A DNA stretch of 64,000 nt, taken from contig JBBTED010000072.1 in NCBI GenBank assembly GCA_038042445.1, positions 1 to 64,000 of the forward strand, in the 5' to 3' direction. The notes below the pieces were generated by a model that had not been told where the DNA came from, made no database searches, and saw only the letters and a list, made by a program, of their open reading frames with translations. Positions 25,045 to 35,537 of the stretch are shown here, in pieces. Position 1 is the first letter of the stretch. Each line of letters opens with the position of its first letter. The position numbers and the translations under genes are program-made. This stretch comes from Candidatus Firestoneibacteriota bacterium (GTDB taxonomy: Bacteria; Oederibacteriota; D2-FULL-39-29; JBBTED01).

Positions 25045-25117
25045 GTAGTTACAGACTTTAGTCTGCGGTCTTTATGTAGTAATTTCTTTTCTCTCGCAGG
25101 CTAAAGCCTGCGACTAC
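25045..25117. repeat. GTAG-type REP-like inverted doublet
   Basis: gtagttacagactttagtctgcg and cgcaggctaaagcctgcgactac (19/23 as inverted copies). Confidence 0.8.
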
Positions 25118-25129
25118 AATTTCACAATT

Positions 25130-26101
25130 CTATATTATTTCTTTTACGGCAGCTATTATATCATCTTTTTGTGGAATTGCAACCTTTTCAAGAGTCGGAC
25201 TCATTGGAATTGGAACATCTGCCCCACAAACACGTTTTATTGGCGCATTCAAATAATCAAAAGCATTTTCCATTACCTGCATTGCTATTTCAGCTCCTAC
25301 TCCTCCAATTTTACAAGCTTCATGCACTATAACTAATTTCCCTGTTTTTTTTACAGAATTAACAATCGTATTTATGTCCAGTGGTCTTAATGTCCGCGGG
25401 TCTATAACTTCACAACTTATATTTTCTTTTTCAAGAATTAACGCTGCTTCTAATGCCAAAAACAACATTCTGGAATAAGCAACTATTGTTACATCTTTAC
25501 CTTCTTTTTTTATATCAGCTTTTCCAAGAGGAATAGTATATTCTTCCTCCGGCACCTGGCCTTTAACTCCGTATAACATTTTGTGTTCAATAAAAATAAT
25601 GGGGTTATCATTTCTTATTGATTCTTTAAGTAAACCTTTTGCATCATACGGTGTAGAAGGCATAACTACCATTAAACCCGGTATATGCACAAACCAAGAC
25701 TCCAAACTTTGTGAATGCTGTGCAGCTATACCTCTTCCTGCACCACCTTCTGTGCGAAGAACCATAGGAACTTTTGCTTTTCCGCCAAACATATATCTTA
25801 TTTTTGCCATTTGATTTGCTATCTGATCCATAGCAATTCCTGTAAAATCAACATACATTATTTCAACAACAGGTCTCATCCCTGTAAGAGCTGCTCCAAC
25901 CCCAGCTCCAACAATTGTAGCTTCAGATATAGCTGAATCTCTTATTCTCTCTGGACCATATTTTTCATATAGTCCTCTTGTTACACCATAAGCACCACCA
26001 TATATTCCTACATCTTCACCCATTACAAAAACAGTTTTATCTCGCTCCATTTCTTCCTGCAAAGCTTCATTTAAGGCCTGCCAATATGTTATTTCTCTCA
26101 T
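25130..26101 (-). CDS. 2-oxoacid/acetoin dehydrogenase E1 beta
   Basis: MGEDVG..GG, ISEA...G, RPVVEIMY.DF, AAQHSQ, EVIDPRTL.PLD. Confidence 0.95.
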   Translation of the reverse strand: MREITYWQALNEALQEEMERDKTVFVMGEDVGIYGGAYGVTRGLYEKYGPERIRDSAISEATIVGAGVGAALTGMRPVVEIMYVDFTGIAMDQIANQMAKIRYMFGGKAKVPMVLRTEGGAGRGIAAQHSQSLESWFVHIPGLMVVMPSTPYDAKGLLKESIRNDNPIIFIEHKMLYGVKGQVPEEEYTIPLGKADIKKEGKDVTIVAYSRMLFLALEAALILEKENISCEVIDPRTLRPLDINTIVNSVKKTGKLVIVHEACKIGGVGAEIAMQVMENAFDYLNAPIKRVCGADVPIPMSPTLEKVAIPQKDDIIAAVKEII

Positions 26102-26120
26102 TTATTATCTCCTTTTAAAA

Positions 26121-26149
26121 CTCCCCTAACCCCTCTTATCAGAGGGGGA
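26121..26149. repeat. CCCCCTT..AAGGGGG-type palindromic repeat (variant)
   Basis: ctcccctaacccctcttatcagaggggga. Confidence 0.55.
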
Positions 26150-26152
26150 TTA

Positions 26153-27112
26153 CTACACATAAAGGTCATCGTAAAGTTCTGAAACATCAGGATAAGGACT
26201 CTCTAGTGTAAATTTTTCTGCATCTGTTATTTCAGCAATAACATCTTTTTCAATATTATCCATTTCATTTTGTGTTAATAAATTTAATTCTTGTGCTTTT
26301 TTCTTGAATTGCATTATAGGACATTTTTCTCTCCATTCCTGCTCTTCTTCTTTTGTTCTGTATTTTCTTGGATCACTTCTGGAATGACCATAATATCTGT
26401 ATGTTTTACATTCAATTAAGCTGGGACCCTCTTTTTTCCTTGCACGTTCTACAGCATAACCCACAATTTCTTTAACTGCAAAAATATTCATACCATCAAC
26501 TATTTCTCCTGGTATATCATAAGCTTTTGCCCTGATTGCAACATCCTTTGTAGGAAAACATCTGTGGACAGCAACTGACATTCCATAGAGATTGTTTTCA
26601 CAAATATAAATTACCGGCAATTTCCAAACTGCAGCCATATTTAGAGATTCATGAAAAAGTCCCTGATTAGAAGCACCATCTCCAAAAAAACACAATACCA
26701 CCTGATCAGTTCCACGCATTTTACAAGAAAGTGCAGCGCCTGTTGCCATTGCAATTGAACCGCCAACTATACCGTTTGCACCAAGATTACCTTTAGTAAC
26801 ATCTGCAATATGCATAGAGCCACCTCTGCCTCTGCAATAACCTGTAGCTCTTCCACAAAGTTCAGCAAGCATTAGATTTACTTTTCCACCTTTTGCAATA
26901 CAATGCCCATGGCCTCTATGAGTACTTGTAATTATGTCATTTTCCTTTATCATCGAACACGCACCTACAGCAACTGCCTCTTCTCCTGCATAAAGATGCG
27001 ATGCTCCCTGCACAAGATTTTTTGATAAAAGCTCCATTACTTTTTCTTCAAAATATCTTATCTGCAACATCTGTTTCAATAATTTTATAGCTTCATCTTT
27101 GGTTATTTTCAT
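26153..27112 (-). CDS. 2-oxoacid/acetoin dehydrogenase E1 alpha (TPP-dependent)
   Basis: HLYAGEEA, STHRGHGH, GRGGSMH, GDGASNQG..HE..N, TYRYYGHS.SD. Confidence 0.95.
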   Translation of the reverse strand: MKITKDEAIKLLKQMLQIRYFEEKVMELLSKNLVQGASHLYAGEEAVAVGACSMIKENDIITSTHRGHGHCIAKGGKVNLMLAELCGRATGYCRGRGGSMHIADVTKGNLGANGIVGGSIAMATGAALSCKMRGTDQVVLCFFGDGASNQGLFHESLNMAAVWKLPVIYICENNLYGMSVAVHRCFPTKDVAIRAKAYDIPGEIVDGMNIFAVKEIVGYAVERARKKEGPSLIECKTYRYYGHSRSDPRKYRTKEEEQEWREKCPIMQFKKKAQELNLLTQNEMDNIEKDVIAEITDAEKFTLESPYPDVSELYDDLYV

Positions 27113-27139
27113 TTACTCACTCCTTTCTATATATTTATG

Positions 27140-27898
27140 TTAAGTTAAAATTACCGTAGTTCCTGATTTTTCAATTTTGTTTTTCTCCACTAAAGGAAAT
27201 TTTTTATCTGTTATCAGATATTTAAGTGATGAAAGAGGAGATACATACGCAAATAATTCAAGACCAAATTTTGATGAATCCGTAAGACCAATCACTTCTT
27301 TACTATTTGCAATTATAAGTTTTTTAAAATTAGCTACTGCAATATCACTTACTGTTATACCTTCCATTGTAAAACTACTTATTCCAATAAATGCTTTATC
27401 CACTTTTATTTCTTTTAAAATTTTTTCCGCAATTGTCCCATAAAGCTCTCTTATCTCTTTTTTCCATTTTCCTCCAATTACATACAATTCAATTGTAGGA
27501 TGATTTGAAAGTTCGTATGCAATATCTATTGAATTTGTAAGAACAGTGAATTTCTTAGCAGGAAGGATTTTTGCCAGACATAAAACTGTTGTGCTTGCTT
27601 CAAAAAAAATAGTGTCTCCTTCATTCAACAATTCAACAGCTTTAACTGCAATGTTTTTTTTCTCTTCAACAAATTCCTCTTTATGAATCACCTGTATTGG
27701 CACATATTTAACTCCAGATGAAAATGCAATAGCTCCACCAAATGTTCGTTTAAGAAGAGATTCTTTATGAAGAATTTTCAAATCTCTTCTTATTGTAGAT
27801 GCATCAACATCAAGCTCTTTTGCCAATTCATTTACTGTGCGACTTCTTTTCGTAGTTACAGTTTCAAGAATCCTTAATCTTCTTTCTTCATTTAACAT
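27140..27898 (-). CDS. DeoR/GlpR family transcriptional regulator
   Basis: ML.EERR..I, STIRRDL, R.FGGA, EEK..IA, DSSKF; start moved to 27898 because a promoter lies in the upstream extension. Confidence 0.93.
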   Translation of the reverse strand: MLNEERRLRILETVTTKRSRTVNELAKELDVDASTIRRDLKILHKESLLKRTFGGAIAFSSGVKYVPIQVIHKEEFVEEKKNIAVKAVELLNEGDTIFFEASTTVLCLAKILPAKKFTVLTNSIDIAYELSNHPTIELYVIGGKWKKEIRELYGTIAEKILKEIKVDKAFIGISSFTMEGITVSDIAVANFKKLIIANSKEVIGLTDSSKFGLELFAYVSPLSSLKYLITDKKFPLVEKNKIEKSGTTVILT

Positions 27899-27929
27899 AA
27901 ATTTTGCCCACCTTTGCCTGTTTCTATCT

Positions 27930-27958
27930 ATTCTTGCACATTTTTGCTCTTTTGTCAA
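27930..27958 (-). promoter_or_regulatory. Candidate sigma70 promoter of the deoR-E1-E2 operon
   Basis: TTGACA-17 nt-AAGAAT with a TG extension. Confidence 0.55.
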
Positions 27959-27975
27959 GGACATTTTGGATATAT

Positions 27976-28097
27976 GCAGAGATGCATTGCAATGCGTATC
28001 TACGCAATGGGATAAATTCAGAATGTTTCTGCGGATTATTTTTTTGAGATCCTTCGCTAAAGCTCAGAGCTTGTTCTGAATTTATTTCAGGAATGAC
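27976..28097. repeat. Cluster of palindromic repeats
   Basis: gcagagatgcattgcaatgcgtatctac (27976-28003) and gagatccttcgctaaagctcag..ctgaatttatttcaggaatgac (28046-28097). Confidence 0.65.
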
Positions 28098-28105
28098 CTT
28101 TCAGG

Positions 28106-29362
28106 TCATTTTTCTTCTATTGATAGATGTGGTGTTATCATTATTATTATTTCAAAATCAGTTTTATCTTTTCGCCTTGTAGTAAAAAGTTCACCTAAAA
28201 GTGGGATGCTTCCTAAAAATGGCACTTTGTTTTCAGTTATTCTCTCCTCATTCCTAAGTAAACCTCCAAGTATTATAGTATCACTATCTTTTACTCTAAC
28301 TGTTGTTTCTGCTTCTCTTGTTACTACACGTGGAAAATCCTTATTAGGTCCTGTAAATTCGAGAATTGAACTTACTTTTGGTTTTATTTTTGTAGTTATA
28401 TATCCATCTGCATTTATTGTTGGAGTTATTTTAAGACTTACACCAACATCTGCAGTTGCCATACTTATTGTTTCTCTATTTTGAGCATCTATAGTTCTAA
28501 TAGGATATGGAACTTTATCAAGCACATCAATTGTAGCCTCATGATTATTAATTGTAGAAATTTTAGAATTAGTAATTATATTTGCCTTTCCTTGTTGTTC
28601 AAGCATAGACAGTATTGCTTGCATTTGCAAAGGACTTTTAACAAATGTTACAGGTTGCGTTAAATTGATACCAGTTGCAGTAAATGCAACTGGTTCAGTT
28701 AAAGCTGTTCCTATTGATGTTCCCCATGAAATTCCTAAATTTTTTAATACACTTGACTCTAATTCTATAACTTTTGCCTCAAGTATCACTTGTTTTGGTG
28801 GAATATCAATTTCTGCCAATAATTCTTCAATCTTTTCAATATTAACAGATATATCTGTAATTATTAGAGCATTTGCTGATTTATTTATCTGTATATCTGC
28901 TTCATCAGTAACTCTGTTTTTTACATAATCTTTTGCTTCAACAGCATCTGTATATTTAAGAGATATAATTTTTGTCTGCTGACCCTTTGCAGAAAGCTTC
29001 AGCTTGTCTAAAGTCGCAACGATTAGTGTGCCTTCATATTTTTGATATGCTAAACCAGTAGTACTTATAATCATATTTATTGCTTCATCTATAGTAACAT
29101 CACGTAATTGCAGTGTAACAGTTTTACCTTTTGCCGATTCATCAGCAAACACATTCATACTAGAAGCTTCACATATAAGCCGTAATGCATCTATAGCATC
29201 TGCCTCTCGTAAATCTACACTTATGTGATCACTCTCGGATAATTTTTTAATGGAAATTGCATTTTTAGCGGACTCTTCACTATATACAAATGAAGGAAGC
29301 AAAATAAAAACAAATAAAACATTTAATATTTTTCTCATACTTTCAGTATTCCCTTTGGTCAT
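28106..29362 (-). CDS. Secretin (PilQ/GspD-like), short
   Basis: STN and N domains, LD.PPKQVILEAKVIE, VGVSLKITP.I, GGL, KVPFLGSIPLLG.LF, I.ITP. Confidence 0.92.
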   Translation of the reverse strand: MTKGNTESMRKILNVLFVFILLPSFVYSEESAKNAISIKKLSESDHISVDLREADAIDALRLICEASSMNVFADESAKGKTVTLQLRDVTIDEAINMIISTTGLAYQKYEGTLIVATLDKLKLSAKGQQTKIISLKYTDAVEAKDYVKNRVTDEADIQINKSANALIITDISVNIEKIEELLAEIDIPPKQVILEAKVIELESSVLKNLGISWGTSIGTALTEPVAFTATGINLTQPVTFVKSPLQMQAILSMLEQQGKANIITNSKISTINNHEATIDVLDKVPYPIRTIDAQNRETISMATADVGVSLKITPTINADGYITTKIKPKVSSILEFTGPNKDFPRVVTREAETTVRVKDSDTIILGGLLRNEERITENKVPFLGSIPLLGELFTTRRKDKTDFEIIIMITPHLSIEEK

Positions 29363-30297
29363 TGCTCACTCGTCAATCTCAAAACCATTTCTTTGTCATT
29401 TCGCAATAATATTACTTTATCACTCATAATTTCTTTTACAAAATACTCTCCTTTTATTTTATCACCTTTTCGCACAATATATCCATTAGTCCCTTCCGCT
29501 ATAAGCGCTAATTTTTCTTTTTTCTCTTCCAGCACACCAACAAGACAAAAAATTCCAGAAATTTTTTGTGGTCCTTTAGATTCTGATTCAAAAGAAATAG
29601 GTTCAAATGGATCATCTTTACCAAAATTTTCTGGGGATTTTTCTTCATTTAAAACTATATCCTTTATATTCTTTGTCATCATTGGAATCACACTAACAAT
29701 AAATGATGCTTCAAGATATGGATAAGTTTCTTTTTTCCCTTTTAGACAAAAACTCTGCAACTTTGTCAATCTCTCATAATTCTCAATATTTTTTAAAAAC
29801 TCTATTATGGAATTATAAGTGCCTTTGGCTTTTATATCTATAGGATATTCTTCCAAAACAAAATCTGTACTTGATATCACTTCTGGCAAATTAACAGATC
29901 TTTTTGGAAGAGATTGTAAAGATAAAATATCGTTATTTGCATCTTCAAAGCAATTGGCCATATCTGCAAGAAAAATTGGATATTCATTTGAATTATCTAA
30001 TATGTTCGTTCTATTGTTATTCTCTGATTCATATTTTGTATTTTGAACTTCGTATTTTTCTTTAACTAAATAAACCATTTTTAGTTTATCTTTTTTGGAA
30101 TGTAACAAAGTAGTAGAATCCTTATATTCACGTTTTAGTTGTTTAATTTTATTTATTTTGGGAGATATGAACTGAAAATACATTGTTGTGCCTACAAACA
30201 CAAAAAATCCAGTTATTAAATAAACCACCTGTTTAATAGTCAACTTTTGTAAAATCATACCTGACTTATCTAAAATTTTACTTATATTTGCATCCAT
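29359..30297 (-). CDS. PilO-like protein with PilP/GspC-like C-terminal domain
   Basis: TM plus coiled coil, EYPIDI...GTY..I..FL..IEN..RL, then DPF.P and L.GV......ALI......IVRKGD.I. Confidence 0.7.
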   Translation of the reverse strand: MDANISKILDKSGMILQKLTIKQVVYLITGFFVFVGTTMYFQFISPKINKIKQLKREYKDSTTLLHSKKDKLKMVYLVKEKYEVQNTKYESENNNRTNILDNSNEYPIFLADMANCFEDANNDILSLQSLPKRSVNLPEVISSTDFVLEEYPIDIKAKGTYNSIIEFLKNIENYERLTKLQSFCLKGKKETYPYLEASFIVSVIPMMTKNIKDIVLNEEKSPENFGKDDPFEPISFESESKGPQKISGIFCLVGVLEEKKEKLALIAEGTNGYIVRKGDKIKGEYFVKEIMSDKVILLRNDKEMVLRLTSEQ

Positions 30298-30302
30298 TTT
30301 TG

Positions 30303-31916
30303 TTAATTTCTGCTATATCCTGTTAAAACAAACTTTATTAGCCATTTATCTTTCGTTTTCACAATTGCTGTACTTTGCAAACTAAAATCCTTAAAACAAA
30401 CTGAAGTATTTAGCGATTTTATGAATTCAATTATGCTATCGGCAAATACTGCTGTTCCATTAAATGTTATAAGTTTACCTTCGGCTACAGTTAATTCATT
30501 TAGCCAAACGTCTTTTGGAATTCTCAATTTTAGTTCATCTAAGTTTTTTGACCATGAAACCATTACAGATTTTGTCTTTATTAATTCTTCAGTTTTATAT
30601 TTTTCTTCTACACCTGTTATTTTCCCTTCATATTCTGCCAATGGGAACAATGCATTATCTATTTTTTTGATTTCAACAGTTAATTTGTTTAGTTCCGATT
30701 TTGCAATATCTATTTTTTTTGCAAAGTATACATTTGCACTAATAACTAATGCCAACATTAAACTTGCTACTCCCCAAAAAATTGGGAGAATATGTGATTT
30801 GAGTAAATCCTTTAATTGTTTTTCAGGAAGCAAGTTCACACTATTTTTTTCTTTACAATTGGACATTGCAAGTCCTATCACAGAAGTTAAAGACGTAGAC
30901 ATCCTATTTAAATACTCTGCTGAAAAATCTTCTTTATTATATGTTATGAAATTTAGTGGATTATAAACTTCAACCTCAACTCCAAGTTGTTTAGATAAGA
31001 ACTTGTCAAAATTAATTAAGGCGGAAATATCCGCTGATAAAATTATTTTTCCATCCCAGTCTAATTTTAAGCTTTTTGAATAACCAAAGCTTTTCTGAAT
31101 TTCATTTATTAATTCTGTCAACCTTTGTGGTACGTTTTTAACAGAAGTAATATCATTAGCTCCAGTTATTTCAATAATACTATTTGAACCTATATCAATA
31201 TTTTGTATAGAACATATGGTTCCACCATTCCTTCCAATCATCACACTCTTTCCTTTAGTTATAGTTACATAAGTAGTTCTTTCACCAATACATACAACTA
31301 TTGTTCCTGCATTTTCAGGCAGTTCTGCTTGCTTGGGTTTAAGGCATCGCAAAATAGCAAGAGGCAAAATATCCACTGCTACAAGTTTCAGATGTCTGGC
31401 TTTGGAAAAACTACTTACTATTAAAATCTCTTCAAGCATTTTTTTTAGAATATTTACTGCTTCATATTCTACTGCTGCCCATAAAACATTGACTCTTTGA
31501 ACACCTGCTTCTATTATTTTTTCAAGACTTTGAAGCCCAACTATTACTCTTTTTCCTGCAAATACTGCATAGTGAGATGCTTCTCCCTTTACAACCTCTT
31601 TCATCTCTTCATTTGGCATTAACGGCAACTTAATCATTTGCGTCAACACCTGCTTGCCTTCTATTGCAATAGCAACTTTTGTAGAACGTATACCATTTTG
31701 TAAAAACATTTCATTTATTGCCTTTGCAATTTCATCAGGAGATTTAATAATACCATCAATTATTGCATTTTTGGGGGTTTTGATAACTGCTAATTTTTTA
31801 AGGAAAAATTCGGGATTTGTTATGCCATGTGAATCTGTCTTTGATACGGTTTTTTTAATTTCAACAGCTTTGATTAAATTAGTGCCTATTTCTAAACCTA
31901 TAATTGTCTCTGGCAT
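30303..31916 (-). CDS. PilM-PilN fusion protein
   Basis: IGLEIG...IKAVE actin-like start, IGLA, then VNLLP, TM, coiled coil, IPKDVWL.EL. Confidence 0.8.
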   Translation of the reverse strand: MPETIIGLEIGTNLIKAVEIKKTVSKTDSHGITNPEFFLKKLAVIKTPKNAIIDGIIKSPDEIAKAINEMFLQNGIRSTKVAIAIEGKQVLTQMIKLPLMPNEEMKEVVKGEASHYAVFAGKRVIVGLQSLEKIIEAGVQRVNVLWAAVEYEAVNILKKMLEEILIVSSFSKARHLKLVAVDILPLAILRCLKPKQAELPENAGTIVVCIGERTTYVTITKGKSVMIGRNGGTICSIQNIDIGSNSIIEITGANDITSVKNVPQRLTELINEIQKSFGYSKSLKLDWDGKIILSADISALINFDKFLSKQLGVEVEVYNPLNFITYNKEDFSAEYLNRMSTSLTSVIGLAMSNCKEKNSVNLLPEKQLKDLLKSHILPIFWGVASLMLALVISANVYFAKKIDIAKSELNKLTVEIKKIDNALFPLAEYEGKITGVEEKYKTEELIKTKSVMVSWSKNLDELKLRIPKDVWLNELTVAEGKLITFNGTAVFADSIIEFIKSLNTSVCFKDFSLQSTAIVKTKDKWLIKFVLTGYSRN

Positions 31917-32031
31917 AAATATATTAAATAATGGCAGGTATTATCTGTAATTCAGACAGTAGACTTCAGACTTTTCTATGTAAAAAATTAGCCTATGGAG
32001 TGTCCTCACTTCCTGACTCCGTTATCATCCC

Positions 32032-32973
<942 letters not shown>

Positions 32974-33023
32974 GTGAAAATTATAGCATTTTTTTATTTT
33001 TTAATCTATAGTGACTTAGATAA

Positions 33024-33397
33024 TTATCTTCGCTTTTTGAACCATTCTGATGATGCCTTTTGAAATAAAAATATCAAGGCGATGATTTCCAGAATTGTTT
33101 GAGAGATGCCCAAAAAACCAGAGAAAAGATTGGCCACAAGTGATTGTAAGAGAAGCATGATAAAAAATGGAAATCCGACTATATAGAGCACAAGAAAAAT
33201 GATACGAGCCCACTCCTTACCCTATGGCTAAAGGTGCCGACATTGTTAAACGGTTCCGTTCCAATAAAACTACGCAGAAAACCTATGCCAGGAGTAAGAT
33301 AAAGCAATTTGATAGCTATTGTGACGCGTTTAGGTCGGACGAAATTCAACGTAGCAGATTCGCCGAAGTGAATAAATAAGGGATGTAAGTTTATCAA
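33024..33397 (-). pseudogene. Disrupted membrane-protein gene
   Basis: Frame absent from the ORF track, 33221-33024: GKEWARIIFLVLYIVGFPFFIMLLLQSLVANLFSGFLGISQTILEIIALIFLFQKASSEWFKKRR*, preceded by TAG; N-part RPKRVTIAIKLLYL is in another frame. Confidence 0.6.
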
Positions 33398-33430
33398 TTT
33401 ACACCCCTTTAGTTTATGTTATTTAAAAAA

Positions 33431-34390
33431 TTAACTTCTTGCCCAACGTTTGTCACCTTCTGTAAAAGTATATTGCGTGGCATAATTTTCTTTTGCTAAT
33501 GTGTAATAGCCTGTGCCATCACCATTTAAGTGAACTTTAGCAATTATTCCAGCACTGTCAGAAACAGTTCCATCACCTGTGTGGTATCCATAAGTAGTGC
33601 TGTTTATGTCATTATCCCTGACTAAATCAAAATGAGCGGTTTTTCCACCAGAACCTGTATAATCAACAGTCATCTGATGCAACCACCTTCCATCAGCAAT
33701 AAAAGCATCTATTCCTTTGATAACTGCGGTCCCTACCCAATTTGTAGCAATATGTGTAATTGTTACAGTAACAGTCACTCCATTTGCCAAAGATGTCCAT
33801 GGATAACTTGTAGTATCAAATTTACTGTCAATTGAAAATTCTGCTTTGCGTTTAGCATCTTCCCCATTTATTACATCTATTATATTAATTGGTTGAGTAA
33901 CAGGACGAATACGAGTTCCTAATAACCAAGCTCCAGCAATATCCTTATTGTTTGCATCAATAGCTTTGGTTTTTGCAGTTAAAGTTGTTGCCCAATCCCA
34001 ACGTGGATGCCTGTTTTTAAATTCTGTGATATCACTTACTGTGTAAAACAAATCTGCATCAGGTGTAGTATTGAAATCATCTTGTCCTAATCCAAAAGGA
34101 CCTTTAGAAATAACCGGAGCACCATAAGCAGGCGCACTTGAAACACCCAAAAAACTATTGGTTCCAGATGACCCTGCAATTGCATTAAGTGTATCAGTAG
34201 TCACTGTATTAGCAACTGTTGATGGGCTACTTGTATCACTTCCTGTAGATTCAACATCTGCAACAGTAGGATTAACAGCTAATTCAGGAGTCATAACACT
34301 GGACTTTTGCTTACTTGCGCAACCATACATTCCCAGACTGGCTATCAGTATTATCAAAACTAACCAGTTCTTTTTGTTTACTTTACTCAT
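33431..34390 (-). CDS. Lipoprotein, unknown function
   Basis: Basic N-terminus, hydrophobic stretch, lipobox-like MYGC; Ser/Thr-rich linker; GAGGAGG SD. Confidence 0.8.
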   Translation of the reverse strand: MSKVNKKNWLVLIILIASLGMYGCASKQKSSVMTPELAVNPTVADVESTGSDTSSPSTVANTVTTDTLNAIAGSSGTNSFLGVSSAPAYGAPVISKGPFGLGQDDFNTTPDADLFYTVSDITEFKNRHPRWDWATTLTAKTKAIDANNKDIAGAWLLGTRIRPVTQPINIIDVINGEDAKRKAEFSIDSKFDTTSYPWTSLANGVTVTVTITHIATNWVGTAVIKGIDAFIADGRWLHQMTVDYTGSGGKTAHFDLVRDNDINSTTYGYHTGDGTVSDSAGIIAKVHLNGDGTGYYTLAKENYATQYTFTEGDKRWARS

Positions 34391-34415
34391 ATTTCTTACC
34401 CTCCTCTTATTTATT

Positions 34416-35270
34416 TCATATTTGAAATAAATAACTTATACCACCAATAACTTTAAAATTATACGTCTGATTTGTAACAGGACCAACTGGAATAGCAACA
34501 CCTAATTTGGTTTTTAAACTACCTGTTTTTAACCTGATACCTGGAATAATATCAAACGTTCTACCTCCTGTTCCAGATTGAACATTTTCGTCAATCTTGA
34601 AATCATTATATTTAGTTCCATAAGCTTCACATAATATTGTAAATTCCGAAGCAGATTTATATTCTATCTCAGCTCCATACTCAAGTATTCCACCAGGTGT
34701 AACTTTAGCATCATTAGTATTTGTATATTTAGATTTGCCTTTATATCCTATATTAACTGTAAGATTAATTACCTTTGATATAGATTTAGTTATTATACCT
34801 AAGCCTTCCCAATTAAAACCTTCTCCAAGACTTCCACTTTCACGCAATACTTTTTTAGGGTTACCTGTTGGTAAATCTAAATTTATAGCCATAGCAACTG
34901 CAGGAGCTTCATCACTATCTTCAACAAAATTATATTTTGCACCTATAACTATTGCACCTAATCCATTAACTTTATTGTCATCTAAACCAGTAGTACTTCC
35001 AGATAATACTTTAAAAGGAATGATACATTTTAACTCTGTTTTTTCATCAATTCCATATTTTATAAATAATGGAACAACTAATTCTTTACGAACATATTCA
35101 GTATTTGCCACCTCTGCAACTGTCCACGAATAATACCCAAAATGGACATCAATTCCAGTTTCCATATTATCTTTTTCTAAAACATTTTGTGCCTGTTCAA
35201 GAGTCAAAGGCTCTGCATATAAAAAACTTACTGTAATTACAGACAAAAACAAACTGATTAAAATCTTCAT
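34416..35270 (-). CDS. Outer-membrane beta-barrel (transporter/phenol-MetA-like)
   Basis: Signal peptide, GLG....GAKY.F, LDLPTG, alternating beta pattern, C-terminal GISYLF. Confidence 0.7.
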   Translation of the reverse strand: MKILISLFLSVITVSFLYAEPLTLEQAQNVLEKDNMETGIDVHFGYYSWTVAEVANTEYVRKELVVPLFIKYGIDEKTELKCIIPFKVLSGSTTGLDDNKVNGLGAIVIGAKYNFVEDSDEAPAVAMAINLDLPTGNPKKVLRESGSLGEGFNWEGLGIITKSISKVINLTVNIGYKGKSKYTNTNDAKVTPGGILEYGAEIEYKSASEFTILCEAYGTKYNDFKIDENVQSGTGGRTFDIIPGIRLKTGSLKTKLGVAIPVGPVTNQTYNFKVIGGISYLFQI

Positions 35271-35396
35271 TTCACCCTCCTTAAGATTCTCACTAATAAT
35301 TAGTATTAGGAGATATCTAATCTATTAGACTGATTATATGCAAAAAGGTTTACATTTGACAATGTGAGTTTTTTAACGTTAAGAAATTAACATTGT

Positions 35397-35498
35397 TGTC
35401 ATTCCTGCATGCAATAGGTCAGGCATCTTGCCTGACAAATGACGGGAATCCAGTGTCTTTAAAACATTAATAATCGTAGGGGCGGGTTTACCCGCCCC
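35397..35498. repeat. Nested palindromic repeats
   Basis: tgtcattcctgc..gggaatccag enclosing gtcaggcatcttgcctgac, followed by gtaggggcgggtttacccgcccc. Confidence 0.7.
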
Positions 35499-35537
35499 AA
35501 AACAATCGATAAAGTACGTGATTTACTGATCTTTTAC

